DNA of 64,000 nt from the NCBI GenBank assembly GCA_002269645.1, contig NIVC01003621.1:1-64000 (forward strand), in the 5' to 3' direction. A model generated the notes under the pieces. That model made no database searches and was not told where the DNA came from. It worked only from the letters and a program-made list of their open reading frames with translations. Below, one piece after another: positions 36,365-52,026 of this stretch (positions are counted from its first letter, which is position 1; the number at the start of each line of letters is the position of its first letter). A program made the position numbers and the translations under genes. The DNA is from Macrostomum lignano (lineage: Eukaryota).

Positions 36365-39300
36365 TTACTCACAGTCACTATCATCTTCTTCAGTAAGATC
36401 CAACGACATTAATGGTTTCTTGTTGGCGCTGGCGGTGGAATTTTTCCTCGAAGTCGGTAGCAAGTTTCGACGCTTCGGTCGCTGTTTGGTGATCGAGATT
36501 GTGGACTTAGTCGTCATATCGGATTTGTCCACTTGAACTATTGGCGTTGGCGTTGCCAGGCGCCAAGTCTGCGTAATCGCTAACGGAGGTACAGGCAAAT
36601 CCTGAGTGGTGGCTACCGGAGCTTGAGGCTGATTGAAAAGCGAAAGACTCAGTGGGACCTCATGGCTCTCCGAGTCAACTACGTAGCAATTGTTGTTGTT
36701 AGCCAGAAGGCCAACAAGTCTTTCAAACAGGCCCTCGCGATAGTAGCTACGAAAAGCTTCAACGACCAGTTTAGGATCTGCTCCGGTCTCTAGTTGAGCA
36801 ATCAGGCTGTACAGTTTGCCAACGCCCGACTGCAGGACCTCCTGGATGCTGTCCAGTGCACCACTGATGCTGCTAACGTTGACGGATTCGATGTTGGACA
36901 GGATTGAAGCTACGGACAGCGAGGTGGAAAAGGTCTGCAATGGCATTGCAATCACGCACAGTATAGCGCACAGTCACGCACAGGGTGGCACTGAGGTGGC
37001 AGTGGTTTCAGGGGGTGGCACTGAGGTGGTAGGGGTTCAGGAGGTGACACTGAGGTGGTAGGGTTTCAGGAGCTGGCACTAAGATGGTAGGGTTTCAGGA
37101 GCTGGCACTAAGGTGGTAGGGGTTTCAGGAGATGGCACTAAGGTGGTAGGGGTTTCAGGAGATGGCACTAAGGTGGTAGGGGTTTCAGGAGATGGCACTA
37201 AGGTGGTAGGGGTTTCAGGAGATGGCACTAAGGTGGTAGGGGTTTCAGGAGATGGCACTAAGGTGGTAGGGGTTTCAGGAGATGGCACTAAGGTGGTAGG
37301 GGTTTCAGGAGGTGGCAATAAGGTGGTAGGGGGTTCAGGAGGTGACACTGAGGTGGTAGGGTTTCAGGAGCTGGCACTAAGATGGTAGGGTTTCAGGAGC
37401 TGGCACTAAGGTGGTAGGGGTTTCAGGAGATGGCACTAAGGTGGTAGGGGTTTCAGGGGGTGGCACTGAGGTGGTAGGGGTTTCAGGAAATGGCACTAAG
37501 GTGCCAGGTGGTAGGGGTTTCAGGGGTGGCACTAAGGTGGTAGGGGTTTCAGGGGTGGCACTAAGGTGGTAGGGGTTTCAGGGGTGGCACTGAGGTGGCA
37601 GTGGTTTCAGGGGGTGGCACTAAGGTGTTTAGGGGTTTCAGGGGGTGGCACTAAGGTGGTAGGGGTTTCAGGGGGTGGCAATAAGGTGATAGGGGTTTCA
37701 AGGGGTGGCACTAAGGTGGTAGGGGTTTCAGGGGGTGGCACTGAGGTGGCAGTGGTTTCAGGGGGTGGCACTAAGGTGTTAGGGGTTTCAGGGGGTGGCA
37801 CTAAGGTGGCACTAAGGTGTTAGGGGTTTCAGAGGGTGGCACTAAGGTGGTAGGGGTTTCAGGAGGTGGCAATAAGGTGGTAGGGGTTTCAGGGTGGCAC
37901 TAAGGTGATAGGGGTTTCAGGGGGTGGCACTAAGGTGGTAGGGGTTTCAGGGGGTGGCACTAAAATGTTAGGGGTTTCAGGGGGTGGCACTAAGGTGGTA
38001 GGGGTTTCAGGAGGTGGCAATAAAATGTTAGGGGTTTCAGGGGGTGGCACTAAGGTGTTAGGGGTTTCAGGGGGTGGCAATAAAATTTTAGGGGTTTCAG
38101 GGGGTGGCACCAAGGTGATAGGGGTTTCAGGAGGTGGCAATAAAATGTTAGGGGTTTCAGGGGGTGGCACTAAGGTGTTAGGGGTTTCAGGGGGTGGCAA
38201 TAAAATGTTAGGGGTTTCAGGGGGTGGCACTAAGGTGATAGGGGTTTCAGGGGGTGGCACTAAGGTGATAGGGGTTTCAGGAGGTGGCACTAAGGTGGTA
38301 AGGGTTTCAGGGGGTGGCAATAAGGTGGTAGGGGTTTCAGGGGGTGGCACTAAAATGTTAGGGGTTTCAGGGGGTGGCACTAAGGTGGTAGGGGTTTCAG
38401 GGGTGGCACTAAGGTGGTAGGGGTTTCAGGGGGTGGCAATAAGGTGGTAGGGGTTTCAGGGGGTGGCACTAAGGTGGTAGGGGTTTCAGGGGGTGGCAAT
38501 AAGGTGGTAGGGGTTTCAGGGGGTGGCACTAAGGTGGTAAGGGTTTCAGGGGGTGGCACTAAGGTGGTAAGGGTTTCAGGGGGTGGCACTAAGGTGGTAA
38601 GGGTTTCAGGGGGTGGCACTAAGGTGATAGGGGTTTCAGGGGTGGCACTAAGGTGGTAGGGGTTTCAGGGGGTGGCACTAAGGTGGTAGGGGTTTCAGGG
38701 GGTGGCACTAAGGTGGTAGGGGTTTCAGGGGGTGGCACTAAGGTGTTAGGGGTTTCAGGGGGTGGCACTAAGGTGTTAGGGGTTTCAGAGGGTGGCACTA
38801 AGGTGGTAGGGGTTTCAAGAGGTGGCAATAAGGTGGTAGGGGTTTCAGGGGGTGGCACTAAGGTGGTAGGGGTTTCAGGGGTGGCAATAAGGTGATAGGG
38901 GTTTCAGGGGTGGCACTAAGGTGGTAGGGGTTTCAGGAGGTGGCAATAAGGTGGTAGGGGTTTCAGGGGGTGGCACTAAGGTGGTAGGGGTTTCAGGGGG
39001 TGGCAATAAGGTGATAGGGGTTTCAGGGGGTGGCACTAAGGTGGTAGGGGTTTCAGGGGTGGCACTAAGGTGGTAGGGGTTTCAGGGGGTAGCACTAAGG
39101 TGGTAGGGGTTTCAGGGGGTGGCAATAAGGTGGTAGGGGTTTCAGGGGGTGGCACTAAGGTGATAGGGGTTTCAGGAGGTGGCACTGAGGTGGTAGGGGT
39201 TTCAGGAGGTGGCAATAAGGTGGTAGGGGTTTCAGGGGGTGGCACTAAGGTGGTAGGGGTTTCAGGGGGTGGCAATAAGGTGATAGGGGTTTCAGGTGGT

Positions 39301-40249
39301 GGCACTAAGGTGGTAGGGGTTTCAGGGGGTGGCACTAAGGTGGTAGGGGTTTCAGGGGGTGGCACTAAGGTGGTAGGGGTTTCAGGGGGTGGCAATAAGG
39401 TGGTAGGGGTTTCAGGGGGTGGCACTAAGGTGGTAGGGGTTTCAGGGGGTGGCACTAAGGTGGTAGGGGTTTCAGGGGGTGGCAATAAGGTGGTAGGGGT
39501 TTCAGGGGGTGGCACTAAGGTGGTAGGGGTTTCAGGGGGTGGCAATAAGGTGGTAAGGGTTTCAGGGGGTGGCAATAAGGTGATAGGGGTTTCAGGAGGT
39601 GGCACTGAGGTGGCAGGGTGTTTTCGAGGGGAAGCATTGCACTGGAAAGGATTTATAAGGGTGGCACTGACCACTGACTTAGGAGGGTTTGGGGCACTAG
39701 CATAAATCACTACTAAAACAAACAACTACTAAAAACGAATATACGTTGTTTATACAACCTATCTGGATAAATCTGCAATCAGTAAATACTGTGCCACGCC
39801 AACCCCAAGCCACGCATGATTTATGACATTTTAAAAAAAACGAATTAAACGTCAAGGCAACCCAAATGGCCATGCAAGTTTACATTTTAGAGCCTCACTA
39901 AATCATCTGCCGTATTTTTGTTACAACGACTTATGGATCTCGGGCACAAATCAGCTAATTTGCTAATTTATCTGATTCTAATGGTCACATTCATTTGTCT
40001 TCCTGTGTTAGTTTAAAAAACTTGAAAAAGAAAGTATGAAATAAGCGACTGTACCTGGCAGGGTCTAGCGATGGGCGGAGTAGAGGTAGAGCTGCACAGA
40101 ACCGAAGTAGCATTGCAGGCGCAGCATGTCCAGTTAACGTTTCGCAAAACTGTTTGAACCAATTGCGCCGTGTTACAGTTGCTGCATTGCACTATGCTGT
40201 ACACGGGAATCAATATCGATTCTGCAGACGAGTGGCCTTCGTTATTCAT
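36365..40249 (-). CDS. Orphan protein (~254 aa) with N-terminal CxxC-x15-WxCxxC zinc ribbon, basic NLS-like patch and acidic SIM-like C-terminus
   Basis: Exon 40249-40055 (…RPCQ|GTACAG) joins in phase 0 to exon 36934-36365 (TTGCAG|ACC TTT). An in-frame acceptor near 40270 suggests further upstream exons are possible. Confidence 0.6.
36985..39615. repeat. 30-bp G-rich minisatellite (GGCACTAAGGTGGTAGGGGTTTCAGGGGGT), intronic
   Basis: About 88 copies fill most of the predicted intron 36935-40054. Confidence 0.96.
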
Positions 40250-41813
40250 AGGCTTATCAAATATCAATGCCTGTTAATTAATTAGTTATCAGTAATTAAT
40301 ATAATATCCAATTTTAATTGCAGGTACAGATTACCCTATAATCTTAACTTATGAGTCCTTTTGTAACTCTATTAGGGCCTCGGCATGCTAGATGTGCATA
40401 GTAAGTCCGGACCAAGAGAAGGAAAGGAACTAAAAAGGAAGGAAAACCCCAGGATTGGATTTTGGGTTGGGGGTTGGGGGTTGTGGCGGTGTGCGCTTCG
40501 TAGAGGGACATATTGGGGTGGTTGTTTTATTTTTAACCTATAGGAAAATGTGGGGTAGGGTTTAAGACTTTAAGGCCTAGAGTTTTAGGGCGGCTAGGAC
40601 AGAGGGCCGGGCCTGCCTGGCTGGCCGTAAGGGCAAGAGGGATTTTCCTAACCCTCCTCGTTTTATTGCCCCTCAGATCGGAGTGTACACTAGCGATGAC
40701 TCATCCAAATACTTCCTCCAATCAAGTGTCTAGCTTTAAATTCCGATTAAAGTCAAGCCAATTAAAAACTAACGATTTCGATCCACTGAGCAGTAGAAAC
40801 CGAACAACTTTTAATTGACCGTTTAACGGCAATAGCATTCATTCTTCCAACTCCTCAATTCCTAATTTACTAATCAGATCGTTTCAAATTTTGAGTTAAC
40901 GGTATCCGTTCAGCTTTACTATATATTGCGGACGGACGGGCTCAGTAGCGGTATGGACAACTTAATGACTATTATTACGAGTTTGTCCTTGCTCTCTGTA
41001 GAAGCACGTCTGTTGATTTAAAATTAGCTGGATAACTATAATGCACTAATAAATTAGGCAGATAACTCGTATAGAAGTATGTATCAGTTCAAGACAATCC
41101 TTCACAAAAGTACAGAATGTACTTTTTACTTTTTTGCTCGCTATAGGATCTAGAGTCCTGACCGGTTTTCAGATGACCCGAGATATCAGATCCTTCCCAA
41201 TAGACGCGTCTGTGCGCATTACCCACTTTTCATTCCTAATGAAATGAAAGTCACGCCACCTATAGAAGTAACAATAAGTGAGCTTGATAGCAAAATAATT
41301 GGACCACTTGTTCATGCACATTTAACATATTGTGCACCCCATATGAGCAGTGTTAGTGAATGCTTAACATTCGTTCCAATTCGTGTGGATCGCTATATAA
41401 ATGAGGCATGAGTATGACAAGACTGCCCCATCGATCAGGTTTCAGGTCAGGTGACAGCTTCCTAAGCTACGGATTTAGATTACTTGATTGGTAAGCTCAG
41501 CTGATGGACTACATAAAAATGGCAGTTCAAATGCCGTTTAGCAAAGTGTATCTATAAAACTGCATGGGGCAGAGAAAAAGCAAGAGAAGAAGAACAGCAA
41601 TTGTACGTACGCAGAGCGCAAAAAACGCATTGTACAGTAGCGCTACACAGGCAAGGCCGGCCTTATAAAAGCTCTGCAGTTTCAGAACACAGACAGCTTC
41701 GTAGATGGAGTTATAAACAATAGACCCCTAGCTGTGCAGCTCATTATAGCGTGTGACTGAGAACCGCCATTGCTTAAATTTTCGCCCTAGATTCATCTAG
41801 ATCAGAGTAAATC

Positions 41814-44800
41814 ATGCCAGAAGAAACTTCACTGGAACGGGAAGAAGTGACACCGTTAAGTGAACAAGACAGCGAGATTAATTCTGCGAATGAATGCGGC
41901 GTCGCCTACAAAGCCCCTGACGGCGGCTGGGGCTGGGTTGTAGTGTTCAGCAGCTTCTTCATCCACGTACTCATGGACGGCTTCACTTTCTCTTACGGCG
42001 TCATCGCGGCCGAGCTAGCCCTGGACGAGGCGATGGGCGTCTCCAGACAGTTGAATGGTTGGACATCCTCGGTGCTGACGGGCATCAAGCTCGGCGGGTC
42101 GCCTCTAGTCAGTTTAGTTAGTAGACGGTTCGGCAATCGGCCAGTGACAATGGTCGGAGCCTGCGTTGCTGCTGCAGGCCTGGCGCTGTCTTATTTTGCT
42201 GTCAAACCGTGGGTTCTTCTCATCAGCATCGGAGTGATCACGGGCAAGTTGGCTGTGAGAAATTTAACGGGCCTGGTAGTAACCAAGGATTCACTTAAAT
42301 TCGTCTTCGGTAGTAACTTAGCACGTAGCAAGGCTTACAAAGGCCCAAAACCTGCTAGCACGGAGCTAGGAGTCAAAGAGACTTTTTTACGAGGTCCTTG
42401 TAGGTCAGGCCACATGCGGCCCGCCAAGCCTCTATCCGGCCCTCGGGCCTTTTGAAACTTCAGAATAGCAATCCGGCCCGCTCAAGGTATTTTTTCATTT
42501 TCCTCTCTCATTTTCCCTCTCTCCCTCTCGCCTCTTCTCTCTCTTCTCACTCCTCTCCACTCCCTCTCTCCTCTCCTCTCTCCTCGATCCTCTCTCCCCT
42601 TTCAATCCCTCTCTCCTCTTCCCTCCCTCTCTCCTCTCTCATCTCGCTTCTCTCTTCCTCTCTAATCTCCCCTCTTCTCTCTTTGGCTTGCAGTCTTTCG
42701 CTGGATTCTATACCTGGCCCTTAGGTTGAATGCAGAAACCTTTTAGAAAAATGCCGTCTGCAGGACGCGTGAATTAAGTAGCAGTACGTACGTACATGTA
42801 CATGCATGCGCACATAAAGAATAAAACTGCTAACAAATGAATATTACGAGTAACTTATACGAGCCCTTTTAACATTCATTTATTCAATAACAGATTTTCT
42901 TGTAACATACATGAACAGGCATCGGCACTAGCCTGATGTACTTACCATCAATGGTCATTGTTGGCTTATACTTTGACAAGCGTCGCTCTACAGCAATGGG
43001 TATCGCGTTTGGTGGCTCTGGACTTGGTAAGCTAAAGAAGCTATGCATGCACACCAGGGTGTGGGATCAGACAGTCCACTGTACAAAGATGGTTTTAGAG
43101 TAGCTGGTAGTAAACTACTGATGTGTAGTCAGATATTCTGCTGGTTAGTCAACAATGTGATAAGCGACACTTGTCCCTTGAGCGTGCAACTCAAGCAGAG
43201 GTAAAGGGCCGAGAGTGCATAGTGTTTTCAGAGGATCGGAGAGAGTTAAGGGATGGAGGGATCTAGTGGAGAATTCGGGTTGCTCAAACTGACTCGCAAC
43301 ACATATTTAAGGTATGTTTGCACTCGGCCCTCTCATGGAGTACCTAATGGACGTATACTCATGGCGCGGAGCACTGCTTGTCCTAGCTGGCATCATGCTC
43401 AATGGTGTCGTGTTCGCTAGTCTGATGAGACCGCTGCCAAAAAGACCAAGAGCAGCAACAGAAGCAGCATCGTCAGCATCAGCAGAAAATAAATCCTCTT
43501 CAGACCATCTATCGAGGCTGAAGACGCTGCTAAGCGACAGGAATTTCCAACTGTTCCTACTGTCCCAACTGGTGTTCGATTTCGGCTTCGATACGCCATT
43601 TCTGTACGCCCCGGACAGGGCTAGGAAAGCCGGACACTCGGGCCTGTTGGCGGCTCTGCTCATCTCAATCATGGGCGCGTCCAATGTAGCTGGTAGATTT
43701 GGCTTTGGATTTGTGCTAGACCGACTGGCCAGGTGCAAGTGCGCCGTTGACAAGACCGCGATGCAGGGCGTCACGATGCTTGGCGCTGGGCTAGCTGCAC
43801 TGGGAGCCGTGCTGTCCGAGTCCTACGTAGTTATGGTGGCACACGGCGTGGCCTATGGGCTGTTTATTGGTGAGTTTGCAATTCTCATCGAGCTTAGGGT
43901 CTGAGGGCTTGGCTCTGCTCGTGCAGTTAACGGCTTTGAAGGCCACCCCCCCCCCCAAAGGCACAGTGAAGTGTACATGCCTAACGATAAATAAAGTCGG
44001 GGCCGCTGTACACTCTTGTGCGAGTGTGTGCCTGCTTAATTACTCGTATGTACCTGCTCATGGGAGTCGGCAGAATGGGCAGTAATGCCTCTTGCAGGTG
44101 GTGTACGTGACAATGTCGCTTGAATTGCGCCAGGGCGCAGACAGCCCGGGCGCAGACAGCCCCCTGCCTCTAATAATGAAAAATAATAAATTCGTCTTCC
44201 TTGTTAGCTAGTCAGTTAGCGGTCAGCTTTGAGCACTGTCAATACAGTAGTAATGGGTTTTACTTTAGATTGAGGGTCAGAGGGGCAACCCCAAGCTATT
44301 CTGGCTTGAGCCAATAAAAAATTAACATTAACAACAGTTCTCCCGTCGTTTGACTCTTCAGTCAATGGGATCTGAAAGTGATGCCACCAAGGACTTCTAG
44401 ACTAACTAGTCTAGTCTAGTAGTCTACTAGTCTAGAAGTCCTTGGATGCCACTAGAACCAATTGATGTGTACCTGTGTAATAATGCATACATTGTGTACA
44501 TATGCTGCTCATCTCTCTACTTAACCTTACGTGTATAGGTGGATTCATTTCTGTTACACCTGCCGTTTGCGCTCACCTGCTGGGACCGGAGAATCTGAGC
44601 TACTCATACGGCGTTACTCTGCTCTGTCAGTCTGTCGGCGTTGTGCTGGGACCTCCATTAACAGGTGCAACTACATTTAATTGTCTGACCTACAGGCAAT
44701 TTAGATTAGGGTACCAATATCGGTTCACAGAATTTATGCAAACTTGTGTGGGAAGGTGTGTTGCACAGAAACTCATCTATGAGCGCGTCTGCTGTGTGGA

Positions 44801-45166
44801 AATAAAAATATGGATGAGACTAAAAACTTGTGTTCTGTAATATTTTGAGTAGGCCAGGCCAGTGTCGCTACCTTAGGTACCTGGCAAGCGAAGCGAACAA
44901 TAAGATACCCACCGCTAACACCTGTATCAACAGGAGCCATTTTTGATGCCACCCGTTCGTTCGACGCCTCCTACCTGACGGCCGCCGCCTTCATGCTAAT
45001 CGGCAGTTTCATTGTCATGCCGTTGCCATGGCTGGTCAAACAGCAACGCGCCACCGCGGAAGCAGCAACAGCAGCTAAAGCCACAGCCGCCGCCGCCGCA
45101 GCAGCCGTTGATGGAGGCGTCCCTCTGATCGACTCAACCTTAGTTGAGCTGAATACTAGCGCCTGA
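41814..45166 (+). CDS. Monocarboxylate transporter (SLC16/MCT family MFS), ~484 aa
   Basis: Exons 41814-42243 (GC donor), 42919-43026, 43312-43869, 44539-44664 and 44934-45166. Hallmarks are APDGGWGWVVVFSSF, RFGNRPV, YFDKRRSTAMGIAFGGSGLG, YSWRGALLVLAGIMLN and GPPLTGAIFD. The SLC16 subfamily is not resolvable by eye. Confidence 0.92.
44388..44444. mobile_element. 57-bp palindromic MITE, hAT-type
   Basis: Perfect 17-bp terminal inverted repeats (CAAGGACTTCTAGACTA / TAGTCTAGAAGTCCTTG) are flanked by an exact 8-bp duplication GATGCCAC (44380-44387, 44445-44452). Confidence 0.75.
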
Positions 45167-45480
45167 CCGAACCCAGAAAATGTTGACTCAGGATATTTCT
45201 GCCCTAGTAAATCTCGCCATTTATTTTATAAGACCCATATACATATTGATCAAATATTTATAAATGCCTCAACTAGATAGCTGAGCGAAAGCAAAGTTTG
45301 TCGAGCGCTCTTCTATATGTATATGAACTTCTAAACATAGAAATACAATGTTTATAAGATGAGGGGTGCAATTTGCTCACTTAGATTTAGAGGCATCGAC
45401 AGTTAAACCGCTATAGGCATGCTGAAAACTTTTTTCTAAATGCACTTATTAGAATAGATAGGCTCACGTTTTCGTTCAGG

Positions 45481-45569
45481 CTGTCTGTCTGTCTGTCTGT
45501 CTGTCTGTCTGCCTGTCTATCTGTCTGTCTGTATGTTTGTCTGTCTGTCTGTCTGTCTGCGGTCTGTCG

Positions 45570-45625
<56 letters not shown>

Positions 45626-45716
45626 TTCTGCCTGTCTGTCTGTCTGTCTGTCTGTCTGCCTGTCTATCTGTCTGTCTGTATGTTTGCCTGTCCGTCTGTC
45701 TTTCTGCAGTCTGTCG

Positions 45717-45758
<42 letters not shown>

Positions 45759-45766
45759 CTGTCTGC
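45481..45766. repeat. (CTGT)n microsatellite
   Basis: Direct. Confidence 0.97.
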
Positions 45767-46312
45767 TAATTTCTCTAAGTTATCAATAAAGATAAACAAA
45801 TTCGTCATTATCAAACTGTCGTTTTCGTTACATCAGCATAAAAAAGACACAGAATTGCACTACTTACAGTGTCAAAAGTCTATCTATTTCTTGAAAGAAT
45901 AAAACGAATTAATAACCGCAGTCGGTGCACAAATATTGCGACTTCAGTCAAACAGTCCTACTTGTAAGTAGTAAAGTAAGAGCATGTTTTCGGTAGACAA
46001 TAAGAGTAAGAAAAATATTAGAAGAAAAAGCTGAACTGCGTTGAAATTTGCGTCGATGTATTTTACAACTTTAGCTTAAAGCTTTCACAGTGCTAGTAAA
46101 AAATTATATACTATAAAGAGGAATAATAAAAACAACTACACTGACTATAATAAATATGAACACAATATCTATAGATAAGGAAAGAGCAGGAGTTCAAGTT
46201 GACGATTTAAACAAATGACAAGCTGTACACACAGATTCACAGATTCTTTAAAGCTCTTACGGGTGTACCATCAGAATTGAAAGTTGGCGGAGCCGGTTTA
46301 TATCGAGCCTCT

Positions 46313-49170
<2,858 letters not shown>

Positions 49171-49220
49171 AGGCGCATGAATGCGAAGGCAGAGGAAGTG
49201 GAATCCTAATTTACAATGAG

Positions 49221-49690
49221 GGGATTAAGAGATCAAGGATCAGGATAGGGGATTAAGAAATCAGGGATCAGGATAGGGGATTAAGAGATCAGGGATCAGG
49301 ATAGGGGATTAAGAGATCTGGGATCAGGATATGGGATGAGGAGATCAGGGATCAGGATAGGGGATTAAGAGACCAGGGATCAGGATAGGGGATTAAGAGA
49401 TCAGGGATCAGGATATGGGATTAAGAGATCAGGGATCAGGATAGGGGATTAAGAGATCAGGGATCAGGATAGAGGATTAAGAGATCAGGGATCAGGATAG
49501 GGGATTAAGATATCAGGGATCAGGATAGGGGATTAAGAGATCAGGGATCAGGATAGGGGATTAAGAGATCAGGGATCAGGATAGGGGATTAAGAGATCAG
49601 GGATCAGGATATGGGATGAGGAGATCAGGGATCAGGATATGGGATGAGGAGATCAGGGATCAGGATACGGGATTAAGAAATCAGGCATCA
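49221..49690. repeat. 28-bp minisatellite (GGGATTAAGAGATCAGGGATCAGGATAG) just upstream of the TMUB start
   Basis: About 16 tandem copies. Confidence 0.93.
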
Positions 49691-50985
49691 GAACAGAGGA
49701 TGAACTTCTGAGTGTAAAGATGTTAAAGAGCCTGACAAAGGTTACCTGACAGAAATAATCAGGCAAATAAAAGGACGAATAGAAAAAATAATAAATGAAT
49801 ATTATTATTAATTAGATAAAACAGAGTACATACTTGTTGGCCCTTACCCTACAAACAGCAACGCCCACACAGACACACACACAGACACACACACATACGC
49901 GAATAGGCAGCTATCTTTTTTCAAGTCAACTCGGCGAGGTCGCTGCTGTGACTCATTCTCTCAGAGAGAAACTTGTTTAGTAAAAATGGCTGACTCATAG
50001 CGCCTTTTTGATGATACGCCTTAAAAATTCAAGCAATAAAATGAAGTAAAGACAGTCATCAAATCATTACTAAAACTATATATATATATTTCCCTAGATT
50101 TAACAAACCCCCTTCTTGTATGAATAAATATAAAATTGACAAGCTTATACATTTAGAAACTGCTTGAAAAAACAAAGATATTTATATTTGAGCACATTAT
50201 ATACAGTGGCCAATATTCCAAGCAATATTATTTTCTACTAGTAAACAGTATGCATAAACAATTATTAATAAAGTATTTGGCAGGTGACACTTGAGGTCCA
50301 GTTCTGCAAATCAAATAAAACAACAACAAAAACATCGTATTATTAATTATCAAAAATGACTCTGAGAACTTTATTTATCTCATTGGAAACTTGACAAATT
50401 TCAAGTGTAAATATGACATTTTTTAATAACTCATATTTACTTACCAGTGCAGTATATACAGGTACAAAATCAATGAAAAAAATAACACAGAAAATTATAT
50501 AAAAATATATAATGAATTTTTACATACTTATGTAACAACAACAGAAAAAATGACACCGATCTACTACTAATACTAAAAACGACCTAACAACAAACTTTCG
50601 TAATACCTTAATCTACTTTGCAATAGAATTGTAATTCAAGAGACTCTCTGCTCAGAAAAAAATGAGTAAAAAGTCATCCTCACTTCCTTATCATCATTAC
50701 TGATATGATAAAATAGCATTAGTAAACCAGTAACAAGACACAGCTACAGAGAGCCAATGAGAATTAAGTAATTTCAACAGAGAAAAATAATCACAGACTT
50801 GAGTGAGCAGTATTAACTCACAGCTGATGCAGGAACCAAAATTAACATTGACAGACTTACTTGATCTGAATAGAATAGTGCGATTGAGAACTTGAATTTT
50901 ATTAATCATAAATCATTGAGATCGACAGGCAAAATTAAAAACAAAGACCTTCACGAAAAAAGCAGGTAAGTTACTAAGTCATTAA

Positions 50986-51960
50986 AAACTCCTGACCAAT
51001 CAGAGCATAGCAGTTTGTTATCATACAATTCCTGACCAATCAGAGCATAGCAGTTTGTTATCATACAACTCCTGACCAATTAGAGAATAGCAGTTTGTTA
51101 TCATACAACTCCTGACCAATCAGAGCATAGCAGTCTGTTATCATACAACTCCTGACCAATCAGAGCATAGCAGTTTGTTATCATACAACTCCTGACCAAT
51201 CAGAGCATAGCAGTTTGTTATCATACAACTCCTGACCAATCATATCATAGCAGTTTGTTATCATACAACTCCTGACCAATCAGAGCATAGCAGTTTGTTA
51301 TCATACAACTCCTGACCAATCAGAGCATAGCAGTTTGTTATCATACAACTCCTGACCAATCAGAGCATAGCAGTTTGTTATCATACAACTCCTGACCAAT
51401 CAGAGCATAGCAGTTTGTTATCATACAACTCCTGACCAATCAGAGCATAGCAGTGTGCTATCATACAACTCCTGACCAATCAGAGCATAGCAGTTTGTTA
51501 TCATACAACTCCTGACCAATCAGAGCATAGCAGTTTGTTATCATACAACTCCTGACCAATCAGAGCATAGCAGTGTGTTATTATACAACTCCTGACCAAT
51601 TAGAGAATATCAGTTTGTTATCATACAACTCCTGACCAATCAGAGCATAGCAGTCTGTTATCATACAACTCCTGACCAATCAGAGCATAGCAGTTTGTTA
51701 TCATACAACTCCTGACCAATCAGAGCATAGCAGTTTGTTATCATACAACTCCTGACCAATCAGATCATAGCAGTTTGTTATCATACAACTCCTGACCAAT
51801 CAGAGCATAGCAGTTTGTTATCATACAACTCCTGACCAATCAGAGCATAGCAGTGTGTTATCATACAACTCCTGACCAACCAGAGAATAGTAGTTTGTTA
51901 TCATACAACTCCTGACCAATCAGAGCATAGCAGAGTAATCTAACTCCTGACCAATCAGAG
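50986..51960. repeat. 40-bp minisatellite (CTCCTGACCAATCAGAGCATAGCAGTTTGTTATCATACAA) beginning ~65 bp after the MKK4 stop
   Basis: About 24 near-identical copies. Confidence 0.96.
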
Positions 51961-52026
51961 CACAGCAAGCCTATTACTATTAAAACACACTGAGCAAAGA
52001 CAAACTCATACAAGCATCATACAAAG

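Noticed and set aside
37079-39725. (PPPETPTTLV)n and (GVSGGGTKVV)n ORFs resembling mucin/extensin
   Set aside because: Frames break repeatedly at homopolymer indels, both strands are equally open, and the array lies in a phase-consistent intron.
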